From positions 5,023 to 69,022 of the forward strand of contig CAYOXM010000003.1 of NCBI GenBank assembly GCA_964407925.1: a DNA stretch of 64,000 nt, given 5' to 3'. Source of the stretch: an uncultured Gammaproteobacteria bacterium. GTDB taxonomy: Bacteria > Patescibacteriota > Patescibacteriia > SG8-24. Below are positions 40,850-50,820 of the stretch, piece after piece; the stretch's first letter is position 1; the number at the start of each line of letters is the position of its first letter. Position numbers and translations under genes: made by a program. The notes under the pieces are model-generated. The model worked only from the letters and a program-made list of their open reading frames with translations. It did no database searches and had not been told where the DNA came from.

Positions 40850-40885
40850 TTATCCACACCGGGGACAGTCCCCCGGTGTGGATAA
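40850..40885. repeat. palindromic element with DnaA-box ends and GGGGACAGTCCCC core (copy 2)
   Basis: TTATCCACA-CC-GGGGACAGTCCCC-CGG-TGTGGATAA. Confidence 0.8.
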
Positions 40886-40915
40886 AAAATGACCCGCCGG
40901 ACAGGCGGGTCGTCG

Positions 40916-41575
40916 TCATTTCTTCGCCGCGTAGTCGGGGCGGACCATGACGTGGAAGCAGAGCGCTCCCCACTTCTCCTCGGTCGCCTGAATGAGGCCG
41001 CGCCGTTCCAAGTCGGCGAGCTTCCTGCGGAGCCACGCCTGGACCGCCGGTGGCATGTCCTTCGTCGAGATGTCGACGGTGGATCCGGTGAGGTGCGACG
41101 ACCGCTTCTGCGGCGTCACGCCGCTCGCCGCGACCGCGGTGCGCCTGCGGAGCTTCTTCTGATACTCCTCGGTACGCGAGAGCGAGGTGACGCGGAGTTT
41201 CGCCCCCGCCGGCATCGCCACGTCGGCCGCGAGGTCGTGGAGAAACTCCTTCACCCATGGACGGGCGTGCGCGTAGAGCGCCGCGTTGTCCGGATCGAGC
41301 TCGCCGAGCTGCGAGTCGACCGTGACGGGACCGTCGTCCTTGATCGGGACGAGACGCCCGTCCTTCATGTGGTCGCGAATCTCGTCGAGATTCCTGAAGC
41401 GCGCGAGGCCGAACTCGTCGGCGACGCGATTTTCCTCCGCGAGCGCTGACGGCGATCCCGCGAGGACCGAGGCGTCGCTTGCCGGAGCGGGCGGCCGTTT
41501 CTTCTTGGGGCGCGCGTCGGCATCGGGGGCGGCGAGGAGGACGATGACAAAGAACGCGTGTGCGGGAACGCGCAT
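40916..41575 (-). CDS. secreted DUF5715-like / peptidase M15-fold protein
   Basis: Signal peptide; VTSLSRT..YQ..L, SSHLTG..VDI and CFHV motifs. Confidence 0.75.
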   Translation of the reverse strand: MRVPAHAFFVIVLLAAPDADARPKKKRPPAPASDASVLAGSPSALAEENRVADEFGLARFRNLDEIRDHMKDGRLVPIKDDGPVTVDSQLGELDPDNAALYAHARPWVKEFLHDLAADVAMPAGAKLRVTSLSRTEEYQKKLRRRTAVAASGVTPQKRSSHLTGSTVDISTKDMPPAVQAWLRRKLADLERRGLIQATEEKWGALCFHVMVRPDYAAKK

Positions 41576-41678
41576 GGCGGAAAATCCTTTCGCGCAGGGC
41601 GCACGGTCACGGTACGGCCGCGTCGACGGACCGTCAACGCCGTGCTATGCTCAAGCCGTACTCATCATCACTACGCCT

Positions 41679-42002
41679 ATGGGAACCAAAAAGAGTTTCG
41701 TCAAGGGCCTCGCTGCCGGCGCGGTGCTCGGCGCCGTGGCGGCGCTCCTGCACGGCATGCAAGACAAGGGCAAGAAGACGGCAGACATCGAACGTGCGGC
41801 GATGCGCATCAAGGACAAGGTCGCGGCGCACGCGAAGAAGCTCGGCAAACTCACGAAATCCGCCTACGGAACGATCGTCGACACCACGGTCGCGGAGTAC
41901 CGCGGCGTGAAAGCGCTTTCCGAATCCGAGCTCAAGGAGCTGAAGGCCGAACTCAAGGCAGGCTGGACCGACGTCCAAGCGATGCTCAAACGGAAAAAGT
42001 AA
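41679..42002 (+). CDS. YtxH-like small protein
   Basis: F..GL.AGA.LGA.AALL N-terminus followed by amphipathic helices. Confidence 0.65.
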   Translation: MGTKKSFVKGLAAGAVLGAVAALLHGMQDKGKKTADIERAAMRIKDKVAAHAKKLGKLTKSAYGTIVDTTVAEYRGVKALSESELKELKAELKAGWTDVQAMLKRKK

Positions 42003-42035
42003 GACGCAAAAAAAGCCCGCCGTTGCGGGCTTTTT

Positions 42036-43535
42036 TCAATGCGCGCCCTTCAGGAAATCACGCGCCTCTTCCACTGACGTGACTTCGCCGCTCAGCTGCG
42101 CCTCCTTGAGCGCCTCGAGCAGCCGACCGACGTCGGGCCCGGCCTCCATGCCGGTGATGGCCATCACGTCCTGACCGGAGGCGAGCTTCGGCGGCGCGCC
42201 GCGGCCGCCGGTCTGCCGGTCGAGCGCGGCAAGCGCCGACAGGAGCCGGCGGAGGCCGGACAGGTCGGACGTGCCGTCCGGCCGCAGGCTCGCCACGGCA
42301 TCGGCATACGCGAGGTGCAGGAGCCGGCGGCCTGCGGCGCGATCGGAAAGGAAATGCTTCACGAGCGTGGTGCGGCGCACCTCGTGCACGTTCACCGAAT
42401 TGGGCAGGAGGTGCATCTTCACGAGCCAGGCGACCCGTTCGGGACTCACGCCGGCGCTGGCCAAATGCAGCCGTTCGGCGACCTGCCGCGCGACCAGCGC
42501 ACCGGCCTCGGCGTGACCGTAAAAAGTGATGCGATCCGCGCCGTGCGCGGCGGTTTGCGGTTTCGCGACGTCGTGCAGGAGCAGCGCGATCGCCGTTTCC
42601 GCGTCAGGCGTCTCGCCGGGAAAGAGTTCCCCGAACTCGGGGCCGGCGAGCTTGCCGAGAGCGAGGCGCGTGTGCGCCCAGACGTCGCCTTCCGAATGCT
42701 GCCCGGGCGACTGCGCGCACTTGGCGAGCGGAACCAGTTCGGGAACCAGCCGGAACAGCGCGCCGCTCCCCTCGAGAAGCTCGAGCGCGTGTGCAGGATC
42801 CGCGGCGAAAGCCTTCGTCACTTCCTTCGCCACCGTCTCGAACGGTACGACCCGCTCGTGCCCGCCGCCGTCGACGGGCCTCGTCTCGTCGAGGCGCGGC
42901 ATGAGCCGGAGCATCGCCTCCCACGTGTCATGCTCGATGCCGAAACCGAGCTGGCAGGCGAAACGGATGCCGCGAAGCATGCGCGAATAGTCCTCGGCGA
43001 ACCGCTCCGCCGGATTCCGTACGGCGCGCATCAGGCCGTCCCGAAGATCGCCGACGCCGCCGAACGGATCGAGCAACGTACCCGTCCCGAGATCGAGCGC
43101 AAGCGCGTTGACCGTGAAATCGCGGCGGGACAGGTCGGCTTCCATCGCCAGATCCGGATCCGCCTGCACCGTGAAATCGCGGTACCCGCCGCTGCCGCCC
43201 GCGCGCTCGGTGCGCGGCCAGGCGATGTCGACCTCCGCGGCGACGCCCTCCGGCCGGAACTTCAGCACGCCGAAATGCCGCCCGACGAAACTCACCTGCC
43301 CGCGCTCCCCGAGCGCCTCGGCTATCTCCCGGAGCGACGCCTTCCGCACCACGACGTCAAAATCCTTCACCGGCCGGCCGAGCAGCCCGTCACGCACCGC
43401 GCCGCCGACGACGTGCCACTCCGCGTCCGGAAACTCGTCACGCAGCTCGGCAACGAACGCGAGGGCGGGTTCCATGACGAACGCGTCGGCGAGCGCGGCG
43501 GCCTTCTTGGCCATGTCCCGAGTGATGACTGCCAT
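42036..43535 (-). CDS. cca: CCA tRNA nucleotidyltransferase with HD domain
   Basis: VGGAVRD, D.D, DLSRRDFTVNA, F.ED..R..R..RF, H.EGDVW.H and LLHD..KP motifs. Confidence 0.9.
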   Translation of the reverse strand: MAVITRDMAKKAAALADAFVMEPALAFVAELRDEFPDAEWHVVGGAVRDGLLGRPVKDFDVVVRKASLREIAEALGERGQVSFVGRHFGVLKFRPEGVAAEVDIAWPRTERAGGSGGYRDFTVQADPDLAMEADLSRRDFTVNALALDLGTGTLLDPFGGVGDLRDGLMRAVRNPAERFAEDYSRMLRGIRFACQLGFGIEHDTWEAMLRLMPRLDETRPVDGGGHERVVPFETVAKEVTKAFAADPAHALELLEGSGALFRLVPELVPLAKCAQSPGQHSEGDVWAHTRLALGKLAGPEFGELFPGETPDAETAIALLLHDVAKPQTAAHGADRITFYGHAEAGALVARQVAERLHLASAGVSPERVAWLVKMHLLPNSVNVHEVRRTTLVKHFLSDRAAGRRLLHLAYADAVASLRPDGTSDLSGLRRLLSALAALDRQTGGRGAPPKLASGQDVMAITGMEAGPDVGRLLEALKEAQLSGEVTSVEEARDFLKGAH

Positions 43536-43577
43536 ACCGCGAAAGTGTAGCAGTTTTCGCGCGCATTGGTGAGATGT

Positions 43578-43607
43578 TTGACAATTTGCAAACGGATTTG
43601 CAATAAT
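43578..43607 (+). promoter_or_regulatory. sigma70 promoter overlapping a palindromic Fur/Zur-type operator
   Basis: TTGACA at 43578, AATAAT at 43602, and TTGCAAA-CGGA-TTTGCAA inverted repeat at 43586-43603 ahead of zur. Confidence 0.7.
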
Positions 43608-43615
43608 CAACGCGT

Positions 43616-43978
43616 ATGCACGCCTGCCCCGCCGACGAACTCATCGCGAATAACGGCCTCCGGCGTACGAAGGACCGTCACGCGCTCCTCGCGCTCTTCA
43701 GCGAAGGCCGCGCTTGGACCGCCGCGCAACTGCATCGGAAAATCCGCTCGGCGGACCTCTCGACCGTGTACCGGAACGTGAACGCGCTCGTCGCCAAGGG
43801 GATTCTCATCGAAACGCACGTGCACGGGCACGAAGCGTATTTCGAACTTGCCTCTCTCCCCCATCACGACCACCGCGTCTGTCCGAGCTGCGACGCCGCC
43901 GAATGCGTCCCCTGCCCGGGAAACCTGCCGAAAGAGCACCGTCTTGAGCTGCTCGGTACCTGCGCCGCGTGCGCCTGA
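43616..43978 (+). CDS. zur: Fur-family regulator, probably Zur
   Basis: GLRRT..R, LSTVYRN, HHDH.VC..C and G.C..C motifs; heads the znuACB operon. Confidence 0.82.
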   Translation: MHACPADELIANNGLRRTKDRHALLALFSEGRAWTAAQLHRKIRSADLSTVYRNVNALVAKGILIETHVHGHEAYFELASLPHHDHRVCPSCDAAECVPCPGNLPKEHRLELLGTCAACA

Positions 43979-43982
43979 CCCC

Positions 43983-44903
43983 ATGAACCGACAAACGAAA
44001 ACCCTCGCCGTTTTCATCACGTTGACTGCCGCCGCGGTCGCGCTCGTCGTCCTGTCGTCGCCGCGGACGCCGCCGCCCGCCGCGTCGCCGCGCCGCGTCG
44101 CCGCGACCGTCTTTCCGCTCTATGACATCGTCCGCAACGTCGCGGGCGACGGCGTAACCGTATCGCTCGTGCTCCCGCCGGGCGGCGAGCCGCACTCGTT
44201 CGAGCCGACGCCGTCGACCGTACGCGACGTCGCCGCCGCATCCGCCGTCTATGCCGTCGGCCACGGCATCGACGACTGGATCGACCGCGCGCTGACGGAG
44301 GGTTCGGCAGCAAAGGTCGTCGTCGACCGAGGCATCGCGTTGCGCGCCTCGCCCGAAACCGTCGCACTCGCCGAAGGAGAGGACGAGCACGGCCCGGAAC
44401 CGGAAGACCCGCATTATTGGCTGACCGTCCCGAACGCGATGATCATCGCCGAAACGGTGGCGGACGATCTCGCCGCACGTTTCCCCGCGGACGCGGACGT
44501 TTTCCGCGCGAACCTCGCGCGGTATCGGACCGAACTCTCCGCGCTCGACGCCGACGTCCGTGCCATGCTCGACGCGGCGAAGAACAAGAACATCGTCACC
44601 TTCCACGACGCGTGGTATTATTTCGCCGAAGAGTACGGCCTCCGGATCGCCGGCACGTTCGAACCGTCCCCGGGACGCGAACCGACGGCGCGCGGCCTCG
44701 CCACGCTCAAGGAAGCGATCGACCGCAACCGCGTCCGTGCGCTCTACACGGAACCGCTGTTCAGCGACGCGGCGGTGACCGCTTTCGCCCGCGACGAAGG
44801 CGTCGTCCTCGCCGCGATCGACGACATCGGCGGCGCGCCCGGCCGCGACACCTACGCGTCACTCATGCGCTACAATGCCGAAACCATCCGCGAAAACCAG
44901 TGA
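43983..44903 (+). CDS. znuA: Zn/Mn ABC transporter substrate-binding protein
   Basis: GEPHSFEP, DPHYWL and FHDAW.YF motifs. Confidence 0.88.
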   Translation: MNRQTKTLAVFITLTAAAVALVVLSSPRTPPPAASPRRVAATVFPLYDIVRNVAGDGVTVSLVLPPGGEPHSFEPTPSTVRDVAAASAVYAVGHGIDDWIDRALTEGSAAKVVVDRGIALRASPETVALAEGEDEHGPEPEDPHYWLTVPNAMIIAETVADDLAARFPADADVFRANLARYRTELSALDADVRAMLDAAKNKNIVTFHDAWYYFAEEYGLRIAGTFEPSPGREPTARGLATLKEAIDRNRVRALYTEPLFSDAAVTAFARDEGVVLAAIDDIGGAPGRDTYASLMRYNAETIRENQ

Positions 44904-44910
44904 CCGCGCC

Positions 44911-45681
44911 GTGCCCGAACCGATTCCGGCGCTGTCCGTGAAGGACTGCACCGTGCGGTTCGGCGACGTGAACGTCCTCGACGGCGTCGGCTTTGACGTC
45001 GCGCAGGGAGAAATCGCCGCCATCATCGGTCCCAACGGCTCCGGAAAGACGACGCTCCTCAAGACCGTCCTCGGGCTGGTGCAGCCGTCGGGCGGCGAAA
45101 TCCGCGTATTCGGAAAGCACCTGCATGCAGTCCGCAACCTCATCGGCTACGTGCCGCAACGCTTCGACTTCGACCGCGACTTCCCGATCACCGTGCGCGA
45201 ATTCATGGACCTCGCGCGCCATCAGCACTGCCCCGCCTCGCGCATCCCCGAAAAAATCCGCGAAGTCGGCCTGCCCCACAAGGCGCTCGACGCGCGGCTG
45301 GGCTCGCTCTCGGGCGGACAACTCCAGCGCGTGCTCATCGCGCAGGCCATCCTCAACAACCCCGCGATGCTCTTCCTCGACGAACCGTCGAGCGGCATCG
45401 ACGTCGCGGGCGAAGCGACGTTCTACGAGCTCATCGAGCACCTGAACGTGGAGCACGACACCACAATCTTGCTCGTATCGCATGACATCGCGATGGTCGC
45501 GGGAATGGTCGACAACGTCATCTGCGTGAACAAGAAGCTGCTCTGCTACGGACCGCCGCAGGACGCGCTGACCGTGCGCAAGATCACGGAGCTCTTCGGG
45601 CCGCAGCGGCTCTACGATCACCCGCGGCACGAGGACCGGCACGACCACGGTTCGGGCCGCGCCCATGACCACGGCCACTGA
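44911..45681 (+). CDS. znuC: Zn/Mn ABC transporter ATP-binding protein
   Basis: GPNGSGKTT, GYVPQ, LSGGQLQR, LDEP, SHD and a His-rich tail. Confidence 0.9.
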   Translation: MPEPIPALSVKDCTVRFGDVNVLDGVGFDVAQGEIAAIIGPNGSGKTTLLKTVLGLVQPSGGEIRVFGKHLHAVRNLIGYVPQRFDFDRDFPITVREFMDLARHQHCPASRIPEKIREVGLPHKALDARLGSLSGGQLQRVLIAQAILNNPAMLFLDEPSSGIDVAGEATFYELIEHLNVEHDTTILLVSHDIAMVAGMVDNVICVNKKLLCYGPPQDALTVRKITELFGPQRLYDHPRHEDRHDHGSGRAHDHGH

Positions 45682-45682
45682 T

Positions 45683-46507
45683 ATGCCCCTCATCGCGATG
45701 TTCACCTACCCGTTCGTGCAGCGCGCCTTCGCGGCGGGGCTCATGCTCGCCGTACTGCTGGCAGCGCTCGGCATTTTCGTCACGCTGAGGAAAATGGCGT
45801 TTTTCGGCGACGGCATCGCGCACTCCTCGCTCGCCGGCATCGCCATCGCGTTGCTCCTCGGCCTCGCCCCGCTCCCCGTGGCGCTCCTCTGGGGGGTACT
45901 CGTCGCGCTGGCCATCTACGCGGTCGAACGGTCGACGCGCCTGCCCTCCGACACGCTCATCGGCATCTTTTTCACGGCGAGCATGGCGCTCGGCGTGGTG
46001 CTCATGAGCTTCACGAAGGGCTACCAGCCCGAACTCGTCACGTACCTTTTCGGGAGCATCCTCGGCGTGCGACAGGCCGACCTCGTGCTCATCGTCGCGG
46101 CCGCGGCGCCCACCCTCGCCTGGCTCATCGCCTCGTTCCGCGAACTCACCTACATGTCGCTCGCCGAGGAGAACGCGCGCGTCGCGGGCGTGCCCGTGTC
46201 GTTCCACACGCTCGCGCTGTACGTCGCGCTCGCGGTCGCGACCGTCCTCGGCGTGAAGGTGCTCGGCATCGTGCTGGTGTCGGCGCTCCTGGTTCTGCCG
46301 CCCGCGACGAGCAGGATGCTCACGACGTCGTTCCGCGGCTATCTCGCCGGTTCCGTCGCGCTCGCGGTCCTCATGACCGTCGTCGGCCTCGCCGCGTCGT
46401 TCCGGTACGACCTGCCGTCGGGCGCGACCATCATCCTGACCGGCGCCGCCGTCTTCTTCATCGCGGGCATCAGCACGCGCGTCGCCGGCGCGATGCGGCA
46501 TCCCTGA
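45683..46507 (+). CDS. znuB: Zn/Mn ABC transporter permease
   Basis: GDGIAH..L.G, YLFGSIL, G..LV.ALL..P and PSGATI motifs. Confidence 0.9.
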   Translation: MPLIAMFTYPFVQRAFAAGLMLAVLLAALGIFVTLRKMAFFGDGIAHSSLAGIAIALLLGLAPLPVALLWGVLVALAIYAVERSTRLPSDTLIGIFFTASMALGVVLMSFTKGYQPELVTYLFGSILGVRQADLVLIVAAAAPTLAWLIASFRELTYMSLAEENARVAGVPVSFHTLALYVALAVATVLGVKVLGIVLVSALLVLPPATSRMLTTSFRGYLAGSVALAVLMTVVGLAASFRYDLPSGATIILTGAAVFFIAGISTRVAGAMRHP

Positions 46508-46512
46508 ATCCT

Positions 46513-47346
46513 ATGAAAATCAGGAAAGTCAGCGGCGAAAGCGTCGAGTTCCGTCCCGCGAAAGTCCGCGAGACGCTCAAGCGCATCGGAGCGAAGCCGG
46601 AGACGGTCGATCACGTCATCGCGAACGTCACCAGGGCCATCACCGAAGGGATGACGACCCGCGACGTGTTCGCCATCGTGCGGCGCGAGCTCAAGAAGGA
46701 GGACCGATGCCTCGCCCACCGGTACAACCTGCGCAAGGGACTGCTGAAGCTCGGTCCCGCGGGATTCAAGTTCGAAAAATACGTCGCGGCGATACTGCAG
46801 GCCTACGAATACGAGACGTCGCTGCCGCAGGACGAGCTCGCCGGCCTGTGCGTCCGCCACGAGGTCGACGTGATCGCGAAATCGCCGAGCCGCGTGATCA
46901 TGATCGAAGCGAAATTCAGGAACCGCTTCGACGACACCGTCACGCTCAAGGACGCGATGGCGACATGGGCGCGACTCATCGACCTGCGCGAAGGGTCGAA
47001 GGCGGGCAAGAAGACGCCCTACTTCGACGAGGCGTGGATCGTCACGAACGGCCGGTTTTCCGACCGCGCCCAGCAGTTCGGCGTCTGCAAGGGCATGCAG
47101 CTGATCGGCTGGAGCACGGAAGAGGCGTCGCTCGCCCGCATGGTCGACCATGCGGCGCTCTACCCCATCACGGTGATCGACGACGTGCGCCAGTGGGAGC
47201 TCGACGGCCTCGAAAAGAAGGGGTACGTCCTGTGCCGCGAAATCGCGGAGAAAAAACCGGACGCGCTCGCGAAGCAGACCGGCATGGCGCCGGACCGCGC
47301 GGCGAAAATCGTCGCCGACTGCAAGGAAATCGTGAACATCAGTTGA
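46513..47346 (+). CDS. ATP-cone + Mrr-like PD-(D/E)xK nuclease fusion
   Basis: I.K.SG....F...K ATP cone, LGP.GF.FEKYV, HEVDV...IEAKF, VTNGRFS and YPIT motifs. Confidence 0.8.
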   Translation: MKIRKVSGESVEFRPAKVRETLKRIGAKPETVDHVIANVTRAITEGMTTRDVFAIVRRELKKEDRCLAHRYNLRKGLLKLGPAGFKFEKYVAAILQAYEYETSLPQDELAGLCVRHEVDVIAKSPSRVIMIEAKFRNRFDDTVTLKDAMATWARLIDLREGSKAGKKTPYFDEAWIVTNGRFSDRAQQFGVCKGMQLIGWSTEEASLARMVDHAALYPITVIDDVRQWELDGLEKKGYVLCREIAEKKPDALAKQTGMAPDRAAKIVADCKEIVNIS

Positions 47347-47410
47347 CCGGGTTCGCGTGCGAAGATTAGAAAACGGCCCGCACTCGCGGGCCGTTTTCTT
47401 TTCCCGCCGT

Positions 47411-49876
47411 TTACTGCGCCTTTTCGCCCTGCCCCTTCATGCGCGACATGAAGCGCCAGCCGAAACCGAGCGCGACGAGCACGAGGAACGCCGTTCCGTA
47501 CAGGTAGTACCGCGCCCAGCTCGAGATCGCCGCGTCGGGCCGGACGTCGACGTCGGGCCTCAGGAAGTCCTCTTCTGACGTCGCGGCGACGGCTCCCTTC
47601 ACGAAGAACGCGAGCGGTTCGCTCTTCTTCGTGATCTTGCCGGTATCGTCCGTGACCGCGACATAGACCTCGTGCCTGCCGTCGACGACGCTGTCGGCGA
47701 GGTCGTACGCGAAGTTGCCGTTGCCGTCGGTCGTCGTCGTGAGCACCATCGGCACGTAGCTGTAGACGTACAGCAGGACCGTGGTATCCGGGGTCGCCTT
47801 GCCCTTGAGGACGTTGCTCGGCTTCGGGGACGAATCCGCCTTATTGGCGACATCTTTGTTGTCGTCATTGACTTGGCGATACCCCACGGGCGCAGGGCTG
47901 TTCGCGTCCTGACCGTCGCCATAGCAATACCCGTCACGGCAGAAGGGGTATTCGGCCGGACAATCCTTTTCAGACCGACACCGGATGATCTCGCGGTCGG
48001 TCGCGACCGGACCGGACGCGAGCGTCAAGCCGAACGATGCGTCAATTTCGCCCGCCCCGCGCGGCTGGCCGATGGCGTTGCCGAGGATGAAGGCCCTGTC
48101 TACGGACGCGAGCGAATCGAGCATGGCGGCGAACTGCGGCTGCGTCGGCTTGTCGCCCTTTTCAAAGAAGGCCTTGAGCGCGTCCCGGACCTGTTCGCCG
48201 TCGGGCGTCCCGTCGCCGTCGGTATCGGCCTTGTTCGGGTCCGTGCCGAGCCGTTTCTCGACGTCGTCTGGCAGCCCGTCCTTGTCGGCATCGAACACGA
48301 TGACTCCGGGCGCGGTCTCCTGCCCCTCCTCCTTCGAGGACGGCCACCACTTGACCTCGTCTTTCTTCTCGACACGAACCGCGACGAGAAGCGGCGCGGC
48401 GTCGCCGAGTTCCGCGAACGCGTCGCCGACCTTCTTGGTCGTGATGATCTCATCGACCTTCTTCTTGTCTTCGGCGGGAAGGTAACCGAACGTCGCGCGC
48501 GCCTTCACCGCGTCGCACGCTTCGGGCGTCAGTCCCTCGCAGCCGGGGAAGACGCCTCCTGCCTTGTCGCTCAGGTATTTCTCGCACGCCTCTTTCGTCG
48601 TGATGCCGGCGCGCGTGCAGGCATCGTCGGCATATTTCGCCTCGAGCCAAGAGGCGCAGCGCTCGGGAAGGATGCCCGCCGCAGCGCACTCGGCATTAAG
48701 CGCGCTCGCGGGAACCGCAACCGAGCCCATGAGCCCGAATCCGCCGTTGACGCCTTCCGTATCCTTCTCGAAATCCGCGGCAGCCGCCGGCGGGGCAGGC
48801 GGTGACGTGCCGTCAGTGTCGTCATCCGTGTCCTCCGCGACCCCCGCGAGCTTCTCGGCCGGTTCGCGAGAATGCTGGAGTTCCTGGGCGTCCGCCAAGA
48901 GATCGGGCGGAGGAACGCACTCCTCCAGCTGGGCCGGCGCGGGCGTCTGGACCGTCGGGCAATCGTCGACGAGCGTGCATTTCCGTTCCCGCATGCCGCC
49001 CCGACCGCACTCGCCCCATTCGGCGCACGTCCATTTGTCGGCAGTGCACGCGACGCACGTCCGCGTCACCGCGGGCTTGGCCGTCGTGACCCCGGCGCAG
49101 TCGCTTTTCAGCGTGCACGTCCGCGACTGGGAGCCTCCGCGGCACTCGCCCCAATCCACGCATGACCACAAGTCCTCCTTGCATGCCGTCTGCGGCGTGC
49201 TGCACGAGCGGGTCTCGGGCGGCCTGGGATCGTCGAAACCCGGACAATCGACGGTGAGCGTGCAGGCGCGCGCCTGCTTGCCCTCGACGGAACAGGCGCC
49301 CCACTCGCCGCAGCTCCAGGTGTCCTTGTCGCATGCCGGAACGCACGCCCGCGATTCGGAGGGTTTGGGCGTTTCGACGCCGGCGCAATCGGACCGCATC
49401 GTGCACGTACGTGACTGCGCGTAGTTGCCTGCCGCATCCTTCAGACAAATTGCCCAGTCGCCGCACGCCCAGTCGTCCGCGGTGCAGGCCGCGGCCTTGG
49501 TCGTGAACTGCCGGACGTCGGACTGCGTCGTGAGCCCGCTGGCGGTTGAGCGGACCTGATAAAAATAGGTGGTTCCCGGCTCAAGGCCCCACAACGTCAT
49601 GGCATGGCTGATCTCGGTGGTCTCGGTCTCCTCGATGGGGACGATTTTCTTGAATTCCTGGCCGAGCGACGCGGTCTTGCCGAAATTGACGACCGACGTG
49701 CTCTCGACGTTCGTCTGCCACCTGACGACGGCCGACGTGTCCGTCGTCTCCGCCTCGGCAACCGTCGGGCCGGAAACGATCTGGGGCGCGACCTGCGCGA
49801 ACGCCGAAAACGCCGTCAGCCCGACGACTGCGGCGAGCGCGGCGACGATGCGCTTCGTGATGCGGAACGAGGTCAT
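47411..49876 (-). CDS. large surface protein: FN3 domain, five Cys-rich W.C..W..C repeats, Ca-binding repeat, Ig-like domain, C-terminal TM
   Basis: Signal peptide; W.T...GL.PGTTY.Y; repeats C..D.W.C..W..C...Q.R.C....DC; DADKDGLPD; TM with basic tail. Confidence 0.8.
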   Translation of the reverse strand: MTSFRITKRIVAALAAVVGLTAFSAFAQVAPQIVSGPTVAEAETTDTSAVVRWQTNVESTSVVNFGKTASLGQEFKKIVPIEETETTEISHAMTLWGLEPGTTYFYQVRSTASGLTTQSDVRQFTTKAAACTADDWACGDWAICLKDAAGNYAQSRTCTMRSDCAGVETPKPSESRACVPACDKDTWSCGEWGACSVEGKQARACTLTVDCPGFDDPRPPETRSCSTPQTACKEDLWSCVDWGECRGGSQSRTCTLKSDCAGVTTAKPAVTRTCVACTADKWTCAEWGECGRGGMRERKCTLVDDCPTVQTPAPAQLEECVPPPDLLADAQELQHSREPAEKLAGVAEDTDDDTDGTSPPAPPAAAADFEKDTEGVNGGFGLMGSVAVPASALNAECAAAGILPERCASWLEAKYADDACTRAGITTKEACEKYLSDKAGGVFPGCEGLTPEACDAVKARATFGYLPAEDKKKVDEIITTKKVGDAFAELGDAAPLLVAVRVEKKDEVKWWPSSKEEGQETAPGVIVFDADKDGLPDDVEKRLGTDPNKADTDGDGTPDGEQVRDALKAFFEKGDKPTQPQFAAMLDSLASVDRAFILGNAIGQPRGAGEIDASFGLTLASGPVATDREIIRCRSEKDCPAEYPFCRDGYCYGDGQDANSPAPVGYRQVNDDNKDVANKADSSPKPSNVLKGKATPDTTVLLYVYSYVPMVLTTTTDGNGNFAYDLADSVVDGRHEVYVAVTDDTGKITKKSEPLAFFVKGAVAATSEEDFLRPDVDVRPDAAISSWARYYLYGTAFLVLVALGFGWRFMSRMKGQGEKAQ

Positions 49877-50055
49877 ACTTCCCGCGTTTTTTCCTCCGCG
49901 ATGCGGCGTACCTCGGGAGACTCCACTTGGTCCTTAGTCTGGCCATGCGACGCCATGCCGTGCTTCTTCGCCATTTCCAGCACTTCGTCGACGGTTTCGC
50001 CGCGGAACTCGGCCGGGCAGTCAAGGCCGAAATCCTTGCACATGAGCAGTTTCAT
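49873..50055 (-). CDS. DUF1059 small metal-binding protein
   Basis: MK...C.D.G..C.....GET..EV......H....HG; stop overlaps the start of the surface-protein gene. Confidence 0.8.
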   Translation of the reverse strand: MKLLMCKDFGLDCPAEFRGETVDEVLEMAKKHGMASHGQTKDQVESPEVRRIAEEKTREV

Positions 50056-50116
50056 ACGTTGTCCCTGCGAATAATGAATCTTGCGGAAGTATAGCGTCTT
50101 TTCCCCCGTACCTCCA

Positions 50117-50692
50117 CTACGCGGCGCCAAGCGCGCTGCGGATGAATTCCACGCCGATGGCCACGATGATGAGCCCCATGACCTTGGCGAAAGCGAGCGC
50201 GCCCTTGTCGCCGAGCAGCCGCAGCACGAGATACGCGTAACGGAACAGCAGGCGCGTGACGATCAGGTTCGCGACGATGCCGGCAAGCGTCAGGACGTAC
50301 CCGTACTCTTTCGCAAGAATGACCGCCGACGTGATCATTCCCGGACCGGCGATGAGCGGCGTCGCGAGCGGAACGACGCTGATGTCGGCTCCGGCGCCGG
50401 GCGAAGCGTCATGCTCCTTGCCGAACAGGATCTGCAGGCCGAGGATGGCGAGGATGAGACCGCCCGCGATGCGGAAACTCTCGATGGAAATCTGGAAGGC
50501 GTGGAGGATCGCGGAACCGAGGAACACGAACACCACCAGGATGACGCCGGCGCGGACGACCGCCGCGGTCGCGAGCGACTGCTGGGTCTTGCGGTCCATC
50601 TTGCCGGTCAGCGACAAGAACATCGGCACGTTGCCGACGGGGTCCATGACGCCGAAAATGGCGAAAAATACCTGTGCGAAGGCGAGTCCCAT
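50117..50692 (-). CDS. MarC family membrane protein
   Basis: MDP.GN.P.F, FRIAGG, VPLATPLIAGPG and MGLI..AI motifs. Confidence 0.9.
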   Translation of the reverse strand: MGLAFAQVFFAIFGVMDPVGNVPMFLSLTGKMDRKTQQSLATAAVVRAGVILVVFVFLGSAILHAFQISIESFRIAGGLILAILGLQILFGKEHDASPGAGADISVVPLATPLIAGPGMITSAVILAKEYGYVLTLAGIVANLIVTRLLFRYAYLVLRLLGDKGALAFAKVMGLIIVAIGVEFIRSALGAA

Positions 50693-50820
50693 ACGTGCTC
50701 AGCATACCATATTTGCCGCATATTTGACGCGTTTTCGCCCCCTGTTATAGTGCTCGGGTGTTCATTTCAATCGTCGGACCTTCTTTTTAAGGTTCCGCCG
50801 AGAAGGAAAAGGCATCTCTC

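Noticed and set aside
48880-49500. Repeats in the surface-protein gene as a CRISPR array or DGR template
   Set aside because: They are degenerate protein-level repeats with no identical nucleotide repeats, no cas genes and no reverse transcriptase.
50708-50729. 11-bp direct repeat CATATTTG(C/A)CG between marC and the protease gene
   Set aside because: It overlaps probable divergent promoter elements, and two copies are insufficient evidence for an operator.
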